DNA of 40,000 bases from Cyanobacterium sp. HL-69 (GTDB lineage Bacteria > Cyanobacteriota > Cyanobacteriia > Cyanobacteriales > Cyanobacteriaceae), in assembly GCA_002813895.1 (NCBI GenBank), contig CP024912.1, forward strand, positions 2,595,836 to 2,635,835. The letters run 5' to 3'. The notes under the pieces are model-generated. The model was not told the DNA's origin, did no database searches, and was given only the letters and a program-made list of their open reading frames with translations. This document shows, piece by piece, positions 1 through 9,384 of the stretch (positions are counted from its first letter, which is position 1; the number at the start of each line of letters is the position of its first letter). The position numbers and the translations under genes were made by a program.

Positions 1-1
1 T

Positions 2-847
2 CAACAGGAAAATAAATATAGTCATTTAACGGCCATAGATAGAAAATATTTATCATTTCCTGCCAGATATTTATTACAAAATAAACTATTAAAAGGTAAA
101 GTACTAGATTTTGGTTGTGGGCTTGGTAATGATGTGAAAAAACTACAAGAAACGGGTCTAAATATTATTGGTTATGATCCCCATTATTTCCCTGATTATC
201 CCCAAGAGAAATTTGATACTATAATTTGTTTCTATGTCTTAAATGTGTTGTTTCCTGAACCTCAAGAAGAAGTTATAATGGCGATCGCCCATAAGCTCAA
301 ACCATCAGGAAAAGCATATTTTGCCGTAAGAAGGGATTTAAAAAAAGAAGGATATAGAACCCATTATGTTCACAAAAAACCAACCTATCAAAGATTAGTA
401 AACTTACCATTTAAATCATTATACAAAGATGAATTCTGCGAAATTTACGAATATACTCCCTACAATCAAATTAAAGAAAAAAAAGAATATTGTATCTTTT
501 GCAATCCTTATTCTAAATTAGAACTTATCACCGAATCTAGCTTTAGTTATGCTATTAAAGATGGTTATCCTTTAACAAAAGGACATAGTTTAATTATTCC
601 CAAAATTCATATGCCCAATTATTTTGATTTGCCCATAGAATATCAAAAAAACTGTTGGCAAATGGTGAATAACGTACAGCAAATTCTAACAAAAGAATAT
701 AATCCTGATGGTTTTAATGTAGGATTTAATGTAAATAAAGCAGGAGGGCAGAAAGTAATGCACAGTCATATTCATATCATTCCTCGCTATGAAAAAGATA
801 ATCAAAAATCAAATAAAGGTATTCGATCTATTATCTCAAAAAGATAA
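2..847 (+). CDS. Class I SAM-dependent methyltransferase domain fused to a HIT (histidine triad) hydrolase domain; 5' end lies outside the window
   Basis: The frame of listed ORF 134..847 (GTG start) stays open back to nt 2. The upstream part reads ...KGKVLDFGCGLGND (MTase motif I), followed by GYDP, FDTIICFYVL and LKPSGKAYF. The C-terminal half has CIFC, GHSLIIPK and the HIT signature HSHIHIIPR. Confidence 0.75.
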   Translation, partial: QQENKYSHLTAIDRKYLSFPARYLLQNKLLKGKVLDFGCGLGNDVKKLQETGLNIIGYDPHYFPDYPQEKFDTIICFYVLNVLFPEPQEEVIMAIAHKLKPSGKAYFAVRRDLKKEGYRTHYVHKKPTYQRLVNLPFKSLYKDEFCEIYEYTPYNQIKEKKEYCIFCNPYSKLELITESSFSYAIKDGYPLTKGHSLIIPKIHMPNYFDLPIEYQKNCWQMVNNVQQILTKEYNPDGFNVGFNVNKAGGQKVMHSHIHIIPRYEKDNQKSNKGIRSIISKR

Positions 848-1000
848 AATCAACCACTACGAAAAAACTACATTGTAGTAAGTTTTACTAAATTATTTTT
901 TATTAATTTTTGTGGAACTATTTATCAAAATAAACGTCATAGCAATAAATATTATAATTTTAAGTATCCGTTAATTTTTAGATTTAAAAATACCATAGCC

Positions 1001-2008
1001 ATGACTATCATCAAAAAGAAGTATCCTAAAATAGTTCCCATTGCGATCGCCTCTAGTCTTATCACCATCTCCCTCTCAAGCCTCAACATCAGCCCATACC
1101 AAGCCCTAGCCCAGAGTCAATCATCCCAAACCCTCCTTGCTCAAAACAACCAAGAAAGACTTACCATCGCCGTCATGGACTTCGACTACAGTAGTCTTAG
1201 CAACGCAAGAAACCTTAACTTAATCGATGGTGCAGCCAGAGGAGTAAGCGATGTGGTAGCGGGAGAATTAGTTGATACCAGAAAATATCGAGTCATCGAA
1301 CGTAGTCGCCTTAATGATGTTCTTAACGAGCAGGGTTTAACCGACAGTGGTTTAGTAGATCCAGGCACCGCCGCTCAAATAGGGCGTTTACTCGGCGCAG
1401 AATTGATCATGGTTGGCTCTATCACTCAATTTGATTTACAAGAAAGAGGCACTGGTTTTGGACTATTTGGTTTTAGCCTTGGTAATCAGACCAAAAAAGC
1501 CCTCGTCACCCTCAATACCCGTGTTATTAATAGCACCACAGGGGAAATTGTCATGAGTGCAGAAGGACAAGCAGAAGTTTCTCAGGTAGATGGAGACGTA
1601 AGAATTCGGGGAATGGACTTAGGTACATCCACTAACAATGACGGTACATTACTCACTGTTGCTACCCGTGACGCTATCCGAGAAGTCATTCAGCAAATGG
1701 ACTCAAGACAGACTGAATTATCTGCCGTGGGCAGAGTTTCCCCCGATGTGTCTGGGGTAGTGGCAGATGTGGCTGGAAATAGTGTAATCATCAATCGTGG
1801 TAGTAATCACGGTTATCGTAATGGTTTGAGACTATCTATCGAAAGAGTATCCAGAGAAGTTACAGATCCTGAAACAGGGGAAGTTATCCGCCGAATCACT
1901 GACCAAGTGGGAGTTATTGAGCTTCAGGACGTGGATTCTACATCTAGTCAAGGACGTATCGTTTCTGGTTCTAGTTTTCGAGTTGGTGACATTGCTTCCC
2001 CCATGTAA
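1001..2008 (+). CDS. CsgG/LpoB-like secreted protein (CsgG-family N-domain plus C-terminal beta-rich domain)
   Basis: N-terminal signal-like hydrophobic segment. LTIAVMDFDY...GVSDVVAGELVDTRKYRVIERSRLNDVLNEQ...AAQIGRLLGAELIMVGSITQFD resembles the CsgG family core. No lipobox Cys is seen. Confidence 0.6.
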   Translation: MTIIKKKYPKIVPIAIASSLITISLSSLNISPYQALAQSQSSQTLLAQNNQERLTIAVMDFDYSSLSNARNLNLIDGAARGVSDVVAGELVDTRKYRVIERSRLNDVLNEQGLTDSGLVDPGTAAQIGRLLGAELIMVGSITQFDLQERGTGFGLFGFSLGNQTKKALVTLNTRVINSTTGEIVMSAEGQAEVSQVDGDVRIRGMDLGTSTNNDGTLLTVATRDAIREVIQQMDSRQTELSAVGRVSPDVSGVVADVAGNSVIINRGSNHGYRNGLRLSIERVSREVTDPETGEVIRRITDQVGVIELQDVDSTSSQGRIVSGSSFRVGDIASPM

Positions 2009-2297
2009 TGTTTAGGTGGTAGGAGATAGAGAGATGGGGGAAAAGTTAAAATTGAGAGATACTACGCCAAATCATCGAAACTCAAAAACCATTCCCCATC
2101 TTCACAGCTCCATTTTTCCATCAACCCCCATAATTCTGGTGTGGTTTTCCCCCAATAGGTTTTTTTGCGTTTAAGATGAGAATTATGTTAAGTTTAGTTA
2201 AGAAGCGGTTGTTATTATTGTTAATAATTAAATAAAAGACAACATTAAAAGAAAGTGTTAAAACACTTTTGACATTAAAAAGAGGATTTAAGAAGAT

Positions 2298-4184
2298 ATG
2301 AAAACACCTTGGCGAACTATACTATTGTGGGCCATTCCATTTTTGGTAGTGGGATTTTTCTTGTGGCAAGGCAGTTTTGCTCCCAACAACATGAGCAATG
2401 CTGGTAATAATACCGCAAGTACCCGCATGACCTATGGTAGATTTTTAGAATACATTGACAAAGGTAGAGTTAGCAGTGTTGATTTATATGAAGGTGGACG
2501 CACTGCTATCGTTGAAGCCATTGACCCTGAATTACGTCAGGTACAAAGATTAAGGGTTGATTTACCCGGTTCTTCTCCTGAGTTGATTAGTAAATTAAGA
2601 GAGTCTGGTATCAGTTTTGATTCTCACCCTGTGCGCAATGAAGGGGCAGTTTGGGGTATTTTGGGTAATTTAGTATTCCCTGTATTATTGATTGCTTCTT
2701 TGTTCTTTTTGTTCCGTCGTTCTAGCAATATGCCAGGGGGCCCTGGTCAGGCGATGAGTTTTGGTAAGTCTAAGGCTCGTTTCCAGATGGATGCTAAAAC
2801 TGGAGTAAAATTTGATGATGTGGCTGGTATCGATGAGGCAAAAGAGGAGTTACAAGAAGTTGTTACTTTCCTTAAGCAGCCTGAAAAATTCACCGCTGTT
2901 GGCGCTCGTATTCCTAAAGGGGTTCTACTGGTAGGACCTCCCGGAACTGGTAAAACCTTGTTAGCAAAGGCGATCGCCGGGGAAGCTGGTGTTCCTTTCT
3001 TCAGCATTTCTGGTTCCGAATTTGTGGAAATGTTTGTGGGTGTGGGTGCCTCCCGTGTCCGTGACTTGTTCAAAAAAGCAAAGGAAAACGCTCCTTGTCT
3101 TATCTTCATTGATGAGATTGATGCCGTAGGTCGTCAGCGTGGTGCTGGTATCGGTGGCGGTAACGATGAAAGGGAACAAACCTTAAACCAACTCTTAACG
3201 GAAATGGACGGTTTTGAAGGTAATACTGGTATCATCGTCATTGCGGCTACCAACAGAGCCGATGTACTTGATTCTGCGTTGATGCGTCCTGGTCGTTTTG
3301 ACCGTCAGGTAATGGTTGATCCCCCTGATTTCAAGGGTCGTTTGGGGGTATTAGATGTCCATGCCCGTAACAAAAAATTAGCTCCTGAGGTGTCTATCGA
3401 GGCGATCGCCCGTCGTACTCCTGGCTTTAGTGGTGCTGACTTAGCAAACCTTCTCAATGAAGCGGCTATCCTTACCGCCCGTCGTCGCAAAACTGAAATT
3501 TCCATGAGTGAAATTGATGCGGCAGTGGATCGTGTTATCGCAGGGATGGAAGGTACTCCCCTTGTGGATAGTAAGAGTAAGCGTTTGATTGCTTACCATG
3601 AAGTAGGTCATGCCATCGTCGGTACTCTCTTAAAAGATCATGATCCTGTGCAAAAAGTAACCCTTATCCCCCGTGGACAAGCCCAAGGTTTAACTTGGTT
3701 TACCCCCAATGAGGAGCAAGGTTTAACCACTAAATCCCAGCTTATGGCAAGAATTGCTGGTGCTATGGGTGGACGTGCAGCTGAAGAGGAAATCTTTGGT
3801 GATGACGAAGTAACCACTGGCGCAGGGGGTGACTTACAACAAGTCACTGGTATGGCAAGACAGATGGTAACTCGTTTTGGGATGAGTGACATGGGGCCTT
3901 TATCCCTCGAAGGACAGGGCGGAGAAGTGTTTCTTGGTGGTGGTTTTATGAACCGTGCTGAGTATTCCGAAGAGAGTGCTTCCCGCATTGATGATCAAAT
4001 TCGCACCATTGCCGAACATGGTCATCAATTAGCCCGTCAAATTGTCAGAGATAACCGTGAAGTAATTGACCGTCTAGTGGATCTTTTAATTGAGAGAGAA
4101 ACCATTGATGGTGAAGAATTCCGTCAGATTGTCGCTGAATACACTGAAGTTCCTGAAAAAGAACAGTTTATTCCTCAACTATAA
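2298..4184 (+). CDS. ftsH: ATP-dependent zinc metalloprotease FtsH
   Basis: Two N-terminal TM segments, Walker A GPPGTGKT, Walker B IIFIDEID, SRH region and the Zn site HEVGHAIV. The 628 aa length is typical. Confidence 0.97.
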   Translation: MKTPWRTILLWAIPFLVVGFFLWQGSFAPNNMSNAGNNTASTRMTYGRFLEYIDKGRVSSVDLYEGGRTAIVEAIDPELRQVQRLRVDLPGSSPELISKLRESGISFDSHPVRNEGAVWGILGNLVFPVLLIASLFFLFRRSSNMPGGPGQAMSFGKSKARFQMDAKTGVKFDDVAGIDEAKEELQEVVTFLKQPEKFTAVGARIPKGVLLVGPPGTGKTLLAKAIAGEAGVPFFSISGSEFVEMFVGVGASRVRDLFKKAKENAPCLIFIDEIDAVGRQRGAGIGGGNDEREQTLNQLLTEMDGFEGNTGIIVIAATNRADVLDSALMRPGRFDRQVMVDPPDFKGRLGVLDVHARNKKLAPEVSIEAIARRTPGFSGADLANLLNEAAILTARRRKTEISMSEIDAAVDRVIAGMEGTPLVDSKSKRLIAYHEVGHAIVGTLLKDHDPVQKVTLIPRGQAQGLTWFTPNEEQGLTTKSQLMARIAGAMGGRAAEEEIFGDDEVTTGAGGDLQQVTGMARQMVTRFGMSDMGPLSLEGQGGEVFLGGGFMNRAEYSEESASRIDDQIRTIAEHGHQLARQIVRDNREVIDRLVDLLIERETIDGEEFRQIVAEYTEVPEKEQFIPQL

Positions 4185-4210
4185 AATTAACTGATTTTCA
4201 GGGAATGAAA

Positions 4211-4236
4211 AGGGCTGGACATCCAGCCCTTTTTTT
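4211..4236 (+). terminator. Rho-independent terminator of ftsH
   Basis: AGGGCTGG-ACAT-CCAGCCCT hairpin followed by TTTTTT, 27 nt after the ftsH stop. Confidence 0.8.
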
Positions 4237-4299
4237 ATTATCTTTATGATAATAAAACAAACAACATTATAAACACTACTGGATAACTGATTAAGATAA

Positions 4300-4641
4300 A
4301 TGAAATTTTTGTTTCAGTTAATTGGAATCGCCTTGATGCTTTTAGGAATTTATGTATTAGGTAAAAATATAGTGTTCACAACCATTGCCACACCATATTT
4401 TTGGCGAGGAATTGCCGCAGATCTCTCGGTATTGGCACTAACTTGTGGTGTTGTCATTCTATTCATGTTTCCAAAAACCATGAAACCTACTGGATTTATC
4501 TTGATTGCTTTTGGAGTAATTTGTGTTTTTTACAGTAGTCGCGCCATTCTTAACCCCACCAGTTTATGGCAGTTTTTTCTTTCTATTTCGTCTATTGTAG
4601 GTGGCTTTAAACTTCTAACAGATAGACAGTTTGGAGGCTGA
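4300..4641 (+). CDS. Small integral membrane protein (about 4 TM), function unknown
   Basis: 113 aa ORF, strongly hydrophobic with several helix-length segments. No recognisable motif. Confidence 0.5.
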   Translation: MKFLFQLIGIALMLLGIYVLGKNIVFTTIATPYFWRGIAADLSVLALTCGVVILFMFPKTMKPTGFILIAFGVICVFYSSRAILNPTSLWQFFLSISSIVGGFKLLTDRQFGG

Positions 4642-4687
4642 AAGTATTGTATTGTGAGTAGGGTGGGCATTGCCCACCATTAATCAT

Positions 4688-5647
4688 TTAACGCCACTTA
4701 TTCAGGAATCTATCACCAATATTCGCCCGAGGCTCTAGATCTGCAATACGTTTATTTAAACTAGCATTTTCCTGCTTTAGTTGTGTATTTTCCTTGGTTA
4801 AACCTTGGATAATACTATTTTGTTTAGTAGCATAACTTTGGCTCAAAGCAACTTTCTCTTGCTCTTTGTGTGCAACCTGTTGACGATAATCAGCTATTTC
4901 TTTTTTAAGTTGGTCAATAATAGCACTCAATTGTTCATTATTATCACTATTTTTAACTTCTTCTTTTAGGGTAAAAAATTTGTCTGTTAATTCTCTAATA
5001 TACTTTTCTTTTTCTTCAACTAAAGAGCTTAATTCAGATTGTTTATTTTCTAAATTTTTAATAGAATTATAGGCGGAGTTTAATTCTTGATTAAGATTTT
5101 TAAGTTGATCAGAGTTATCACTTTTTTCTGAATCCTGAGTGACTTTTTTAAAATTATCTTCTAAGTTTTTGATCTGATTATTTTTATCTTCTAACTCTTT
5201 TTGAATGGAGCCAACCTTATCTTGTTGTGCCTGTAACTTGGTTTCCAAATCTTGATTAGTTTTAGATTTATCCGCCACCAAATCTTTTTGTTTATTAATT
5301 TCTTGTTCTAACTCAGCAATTTTTGCTTGGTGGTTTTTTATTTCTTCTTCGATGGCATTATTATTTAAAGAACCAGAATCAGACTCACTGTCTTTATCAT
5401 TATCATCAACTTCAGTGACCAAAAACTTTTGCTCCCCTTCATCATGCAAAACAACCTTAGTATCTGCACTGTGACTATTGATCACAAATCCACCCACTAA
5501 AATTTGATCAAATAATTTAGACTTAGTTAAACCAGTCTCTTTTGCAAGAGCAACCAAAGTTTCGTTCGCTTCTGGGCTAAGGGTGATGTTAACTTTAGAT
5601 TTAGAACTTCCTAAACCAGTTCCAGTTCTAGTCTTTTTTCTGGTCAT
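4688..5647 (-). CDS. Ribbon-helix-helix (CopG/Arc-like) N-domain fused to a long coiled-coil region
   Basis: KVNITLSPEANETLVALAKETGLTKSKLFDQIL fits the RHH strand-helix-helix pattern. It is followed by about 220 aa of K/E/Q/N/L-rich heptad-like sequence. ATG start at 5647. Confidence 0.6.
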   Translation of the reverse strand: MTRKKTRTGTGLGSSKSKVNITLSPEANETLVALAKETGLTKSKLFDQILVGGFVINSHSADTKVVLHDEGEQKFLVTEVDDNDKDSESDSGSLNNNAIEEEIKNHQAKIAELEQEINKQKDLVADKSKTNQDLETKLQAQQDKVGSIQKELEDKNNQIKNLEDNFKKVTQDSEKSDNSDQLKNLNQELNSAYNSIKNLENKQSELSSLVEEKEKYIRELTDKFFTLKEEVKNSDNNEQLSAIIDQLKKEIADYRQQVAHKEQEKVALSQSYATKQNSIIQGLTKENTQLKQENASLNKRIADLEPRANIGDRFLNKWR

Positions 5648-5982
5648 AACTTATGATTAACCTCGGAAAATATAATTATAATTTCTATATTTGGATAATC
5701 GTATTATAGATAACATTTTTTTTGGGCTTTGTGAAATAAAACTTTATCTTTTGATGGGTTGTAGTCTTGTTTCTGTGTGCATCCGCCACTATATCTTTGT
5801 TAATCTTGCTCATCTTTCCATGGAAAAAACCATACTTTCAGCAATGATGGAGAGTGCAATCGGCTTAGTACCCGCTTTTTTTGTGGGAACAAGTTATGGT
5901 CATCATCACATTTTACGGTGTAAATGATCACATTTATCCATGAATTTATGTTACAAAAGGAAAGAGAAAAATTAATTATGTT

Positions 5983-6702
5983 ATGACTAACCTGACTGAT
6001 TCCCGACCAAATAAAATATTTATGATTAGTAAGAACATTCTGAAAACGTTTATCTTAGTACTTATTTTATTGGCAGTGGGAAGAATATTAATCAGGGATA
6101 AAGAGCCACAATTAAAAAGGGCTGGACAACAAATTATTTCCAATATTACTCAGAATTACAATATAGAACCCTTAGAAATGGAAGGGGGAAATCCTTATAT
6201 TCGAGCTTTGATGCGTACCATCAGCGCTTCGGAGGCAAATTCTGATCGCCCTTACAATATCATTTATGGTGGTCGCCATATCGACAATTTAAAACAACAT
6301 CCAAATAAATGTATTGTCATTGGTAACGGGCCAAACAGGGGTAGATGTTCCACCGCTGCGGGAAGATACCAGTTTTTGAATACCACTTGGGCAGAAAAAG
6401 CAGAACTTTACCATCCTCGCCCTTCTGGTTTCCTGCGCAAAAATTATAGTTTTGAGCCGATTTATCAAGATGAGGTGCTGTACAGTTGGCTAAGGGATAC
6501 CAATGCATGGGGGGGCAGAGACATTACCAAATTATTAGAACAAGGACAAATTGACTTGGTATTAGAGTTACTTTCTCCCACTTGGACAAGTTTGGGTTAT
6601 GGTATTGAGAATAACTCTATTACTAAAAGTTTGCCTAACATTTATAAAAAGATGTTGGAAGAAGAGCTAATGAATGCTGGTTCATCGTATTATTTATATT
6701 AA
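5983..6702 (+). CDS. Membrane-anchored lambda-lysozyme-like lytic transglycosylase (GH104-like)
   Basis: N-terminal TM anchor (ILKTFILVLILLAVGRILI). IRALMRTISASEANS (candidate catalytic Glu) and STAAGRYQFLNTTW (the AGRYQ motif typical of phage lambda R-type enzymes). Confidence 0.7.
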   Translation: MTNLTDSRPNKIFMISKNILKTFILVLILLAVGRILIRDKEPQLKRAGQQIISNITQNYNIEPLEMEGGNPYIRALMRTISASEANSDRPYNIIYGGRHIDNLKQHPNKCIVIGNGPNRGRCSTAAGRYQFLNTTWAEKAELYHPRPSGFLRKNYSFEPIYQDEVLYSWLRDTNAWGGRDITKLLEQGQIDLVLELLSPTWTSLGYGIENNSITKSLPNIYKKMLEEELMNAGSSYYLY

Positions 6703-6735
6703 ATTAACGTAAAAACAATTAATAACTCTATTACT

Positions 6736-8058
6736 TTAATCTCCGGCGGACTCTACCAATTTACCGATATTAAAGTCAATTTTTACCCATGGTTTTAATT
6801 TCATTAAATTACCAAATAGTAACAGGGGAATTTGCCAATGATGCACCATTAAAAATGGTAAAGGATCTTGCCAAGAAAAAATCCCATCTTGACCTTTTGT
6901 TACTTTCTGCCACCATTGAGATAAATCCTGGGGCGATCGCACCTCCGTTAAGCGCCATAATTCATGGTAAGTCCAAAAAGTAGGTTTACTACTTTCTAGC
7001 GGGGTAATAGGGGCATCATCTCCATCATTTAAATAAGCATCGGCTACCAACGGATGATTATAAAACATTGAAATCGCCGAATGGGTGCGAGGATTGCATT
7101 CAATGGGGTAAACCGTGCCATCATCGGTTTGAATAAAATCAAAAGAAATTTGCCCAGTCAAATTCAACTTACCCACAAACTCCTCCACCCACTCATAAAT
7201 TTTTTGATTGTCGATGTGTTTATAATTCACCTGAAAATGGGAAGACTCTGAGCAACAATGAAGCCTAATTTTGCCATTGCGCACTGTGCTATGGGTGCAA
7301 TACTCCTGCCCCGTAATAAACTGTTGCATTACCCAAGGATTTTCCTCACTAATGGGCAAACTGCGCACATATTCCTCCATTCCCTCAAAAGGAAACTGCG
7401 TCATATTAAGACGATAAACCGAATCATATTTAATACTTTTTAAAATATATTTATGGTTATTTTTACTAAAATCAAAATCAAGAATTTCTTGAACATTAGT
7501 AATAAGATAAGAAGCGGGGGAAGTCAAGCCCAAAGAAGAAGCCTTTTTACATAAATTTGCTTTATCATCCAATACCAAAGTCATTTCTACATCAAAATGT
7601 AAAACCTCGCAATAGGGAGACAATACCATTTTTGCTACCGAATCATAATAACTCGCCACAGGGCTAGAAACAGGGATAAATATATCTACACTTTCCCGTT
7701 TTACAATGTCCAATAAACCATCAATATAACCCTCCTTATCTTTCACAGGATTGGGCATAGTAAAAAACTTATCTACCGCCACCGAAAAACGATGTCCCGA
7801 TAACCAATATTTATGAGTTTCCACCAGAATAACCCTATGTCCAGCACTATGAAATGACCTCGCCAACTGTAGAGCTTTAGTCATTTTACCACCTGTTAAA
7901 AGGACAGTTTTTGAGTTAATATTAGGCTTTTTTTTTATTTTAAATGGATTAGAAAATATGTTGATAATTGAAGCTATTAATACTAGGGTTAAATTAAAGG
8001 GTAATGCTAGTTTTAATAAAGCTAGGGTACCAAGACTCTTAAAAGTAGTTAAAAACAT
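6736..8058 (-). CDS. mysC: MysC: ATP-grasp ligase of MAA biosynthesis (4-deoxygadusol + glycine -> mycosporine-glycine)
   Basis: GGKMTKALQLARSFHSAGHRVILVETHKYWLSGHRFS ... CNPRTHSAISMFYNHP ... VKIDFNIGKLVE closely resembles the Anabaena Ava_3856-type ATP-grasp enzyme as I recall it. Sits in a cluster with DDGS, OMT and a Ddl-like ligase. Confidence 0.85.
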   Translation of the reverse strand: MFLTTFKSLGTLALLKLALPFNLTLVLIASIINIFSNPFKIKKKPNINSKTVLLTGGKMTKALQLARSFHSAGHRVILVETHKYWLSGHRFSVAVDKFFTMPNPVKDKEGYIDGLLDIVKRESVDIFIPVSSPVASYYDSVAKMVLSPYCEVLHFDVEMTLVLDDKANLCKKASSLGLTSPASYLITNVQEILDFDFSKNNHKYILKSIKYDSVYRLNMTQFPFEGMEEYVRSLPISEENPWVMQQFITGQEYCTHSTVRNGKIRLHCCSESSHFQVNYKHIDNQKIYEWVEEFVGKLNLTGQISFDFIQTDDGTVYPIECNPRTHSAISMFYNHPLVADAYLNDGDDAPITPLESSKPTFWTYHELWRLTEVRSPQDLSQWWQKVTKGQDGIFSWQDPLPFLMVHHWQIPLLLFGNLMKLKPWVKIDFNIGKLVESAGD

Positions 8059-8264
8059 TGTTCGTGAGTGAAAAATAAATAATTAATAATATAAAAAATA
8101 TAATGTTTAGATTATGACTATAGAAATAAAAATATTGCAATAAAAATGATTTAAACTAAACTTTTTACATTTTCCAGAAATCCTTAAAGGAGATTTAGGC
8201 AAGGGGCTTAAGCCCCTTGTTAAGAAAAATTTGAATAAACATAAAACTAATTTTTCCAGTCTAG

Positions 8265-9287
8265 TTAATTCTTAAATCTTTGCACCGCATTACACCAAAC
8301 ATCAAAGATTACCGAGTCTAAATTTTCTCCCTTTGCCAATAACATTTTAGAAATCATACTGATATTACTAAAAGCCCAAAATAAACCAGCTTCCAACAAA
8401 TAAGGCTCATTAGTATCTTGATGTACCCTAAAATCATATAGAGAATAATCTCTACAACCGATCGCACCGTGGGCTTTGATAGCTGCTAAACTTAACTTAG
8501 TTTCCAATTCTGGGGTAAGGTGCGCTGGGCAAATAGCTTTTACATTAGGTTGAGGAGTTTGTTGTTGGGGCATCCCATCCTCCTTAAGTTCCAGTTTTTC
8601 TGCGGTAGTGCGAATAGGATTAGTTTCGGTGACTAAATATTCAAACATGGGCAAAACCTCTAATTTATTACCCTTGTCAATAACTGCCACCCGAATTTCT
8701 CGCCCAGGAATAAACTCTTCTGCCAAAAGTTGACTATCATATTGAAAACCTAATTTCAAGGCTTCATCGATTTGAGTTTCATCTTTCACAAGGGTAATTC
8801 CTAGAGAATTATCCTCTCGATTGGGTTTGATAATAAAAGGTGGTTTTAACTCCACCTTATCTCCTTGTTTCAAAAGTTGACCCTTTGCCACTAATACCCC
8901 ATTAGCCGAAACAATGTCTCTGGTGTGGGCTTTATTGGTAGCAAGGGCAGTGCAGGAAGATTTTGAACCCACCACGGGGAAGCCCAACATATCCTCAAAA
9001 AAGCCCCTTACGGTAGTCATCCCAGGTTCACAAAATAAGTGGGGTACGACCACATCTATGGGGGGGAATTCTTGGAGAAAATCAGATAGGGGTTTCGAGG
9101 CGCTGAGGTTGGTTAATGAGTCTCCATGTTGCCACAATCCATCGGGATGTACCACTGCATAATAGGGGTTTACGCAGGGAGGTTGTACTACTTCTTTGAG
9201 GTAAAGTAAGGAAAGTTTATCGTAAAAATCGGACACTAAAGAGCCTCCGATATGTAGTACTTTTAAGGGTTTCTCTGATGTAAACAT
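8265..9287 (-). CDS. mysD: MysD: D-Ala-D-Ala ligase-like ATP-grasp enzyme (second amino acid addition, shinorine/porphyra-334 type)
   Basis: Ddl-like architecture and length, within the mys cluster. The track ORF starts at TTG 9305. The first ATG (MFTSEKPLKVLHIGG) is at 9287, so the start is uncertain. Confidence 0.75.
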   Translation of the reverse strand: MFTSEKPLKVLHIGGSLVSDFYDKLSLLYLKEVVQPPCVNPYYAVVHPDGLWQHGDSLTNLSASKPLSDFLQEFPPIDVVVPHLFCEPGMTTVRGFFEDMLGFPVVGSKSSCTALATNKAHTRDIVSANGVLVAKGQLLKQGDKVELKPPFIIKPNREDNSLGITLVKDETQIDEALKLGFQYDSQLLAEEFIPGREIRVAVIDKGNKLEVLPMFEYLVTETNPIRTTAEKLELKEDGMPQQQTPQPNVKAICPAHLTPELETKLSLAAIKAHGAIGCRDYSLYDFRVHQDTNEPYLLEAGLFWAFSNISMISKMLLAKGENLDSVIFDVWCNAVQRFKN

Positions 9288-9384
9288 GATTAAAGGTTTG
9301 TGCAAAAAATGATCTCAAAGGAGTGGGCAACACAACAACCCTCTCCCACAGGAGAGGAGGCAAGAAAAGGAGGTTTTAAAGGTG

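Noticed and set aside
2747-3988. Four minus-strand ORFs (2747..3109, 2961..3179, 3305..3505, 3638..3988) inside ftsH
   Set aside because: They are antisense to a strongly supported, motif-rich gene. Their translations are low-complexity (P/S/R/A-rich) with no motifs, as is typical of shadow ORFs.
5691-5927. 78-aa ORF in the spacer between the coiled-coil gene and the lysozyme gene
   Set aside because: It has a non-ATG start, no Shine-Dalgarno sequence, an odd composition and no motif. The region is more likely a divergent promoter/UTR region.
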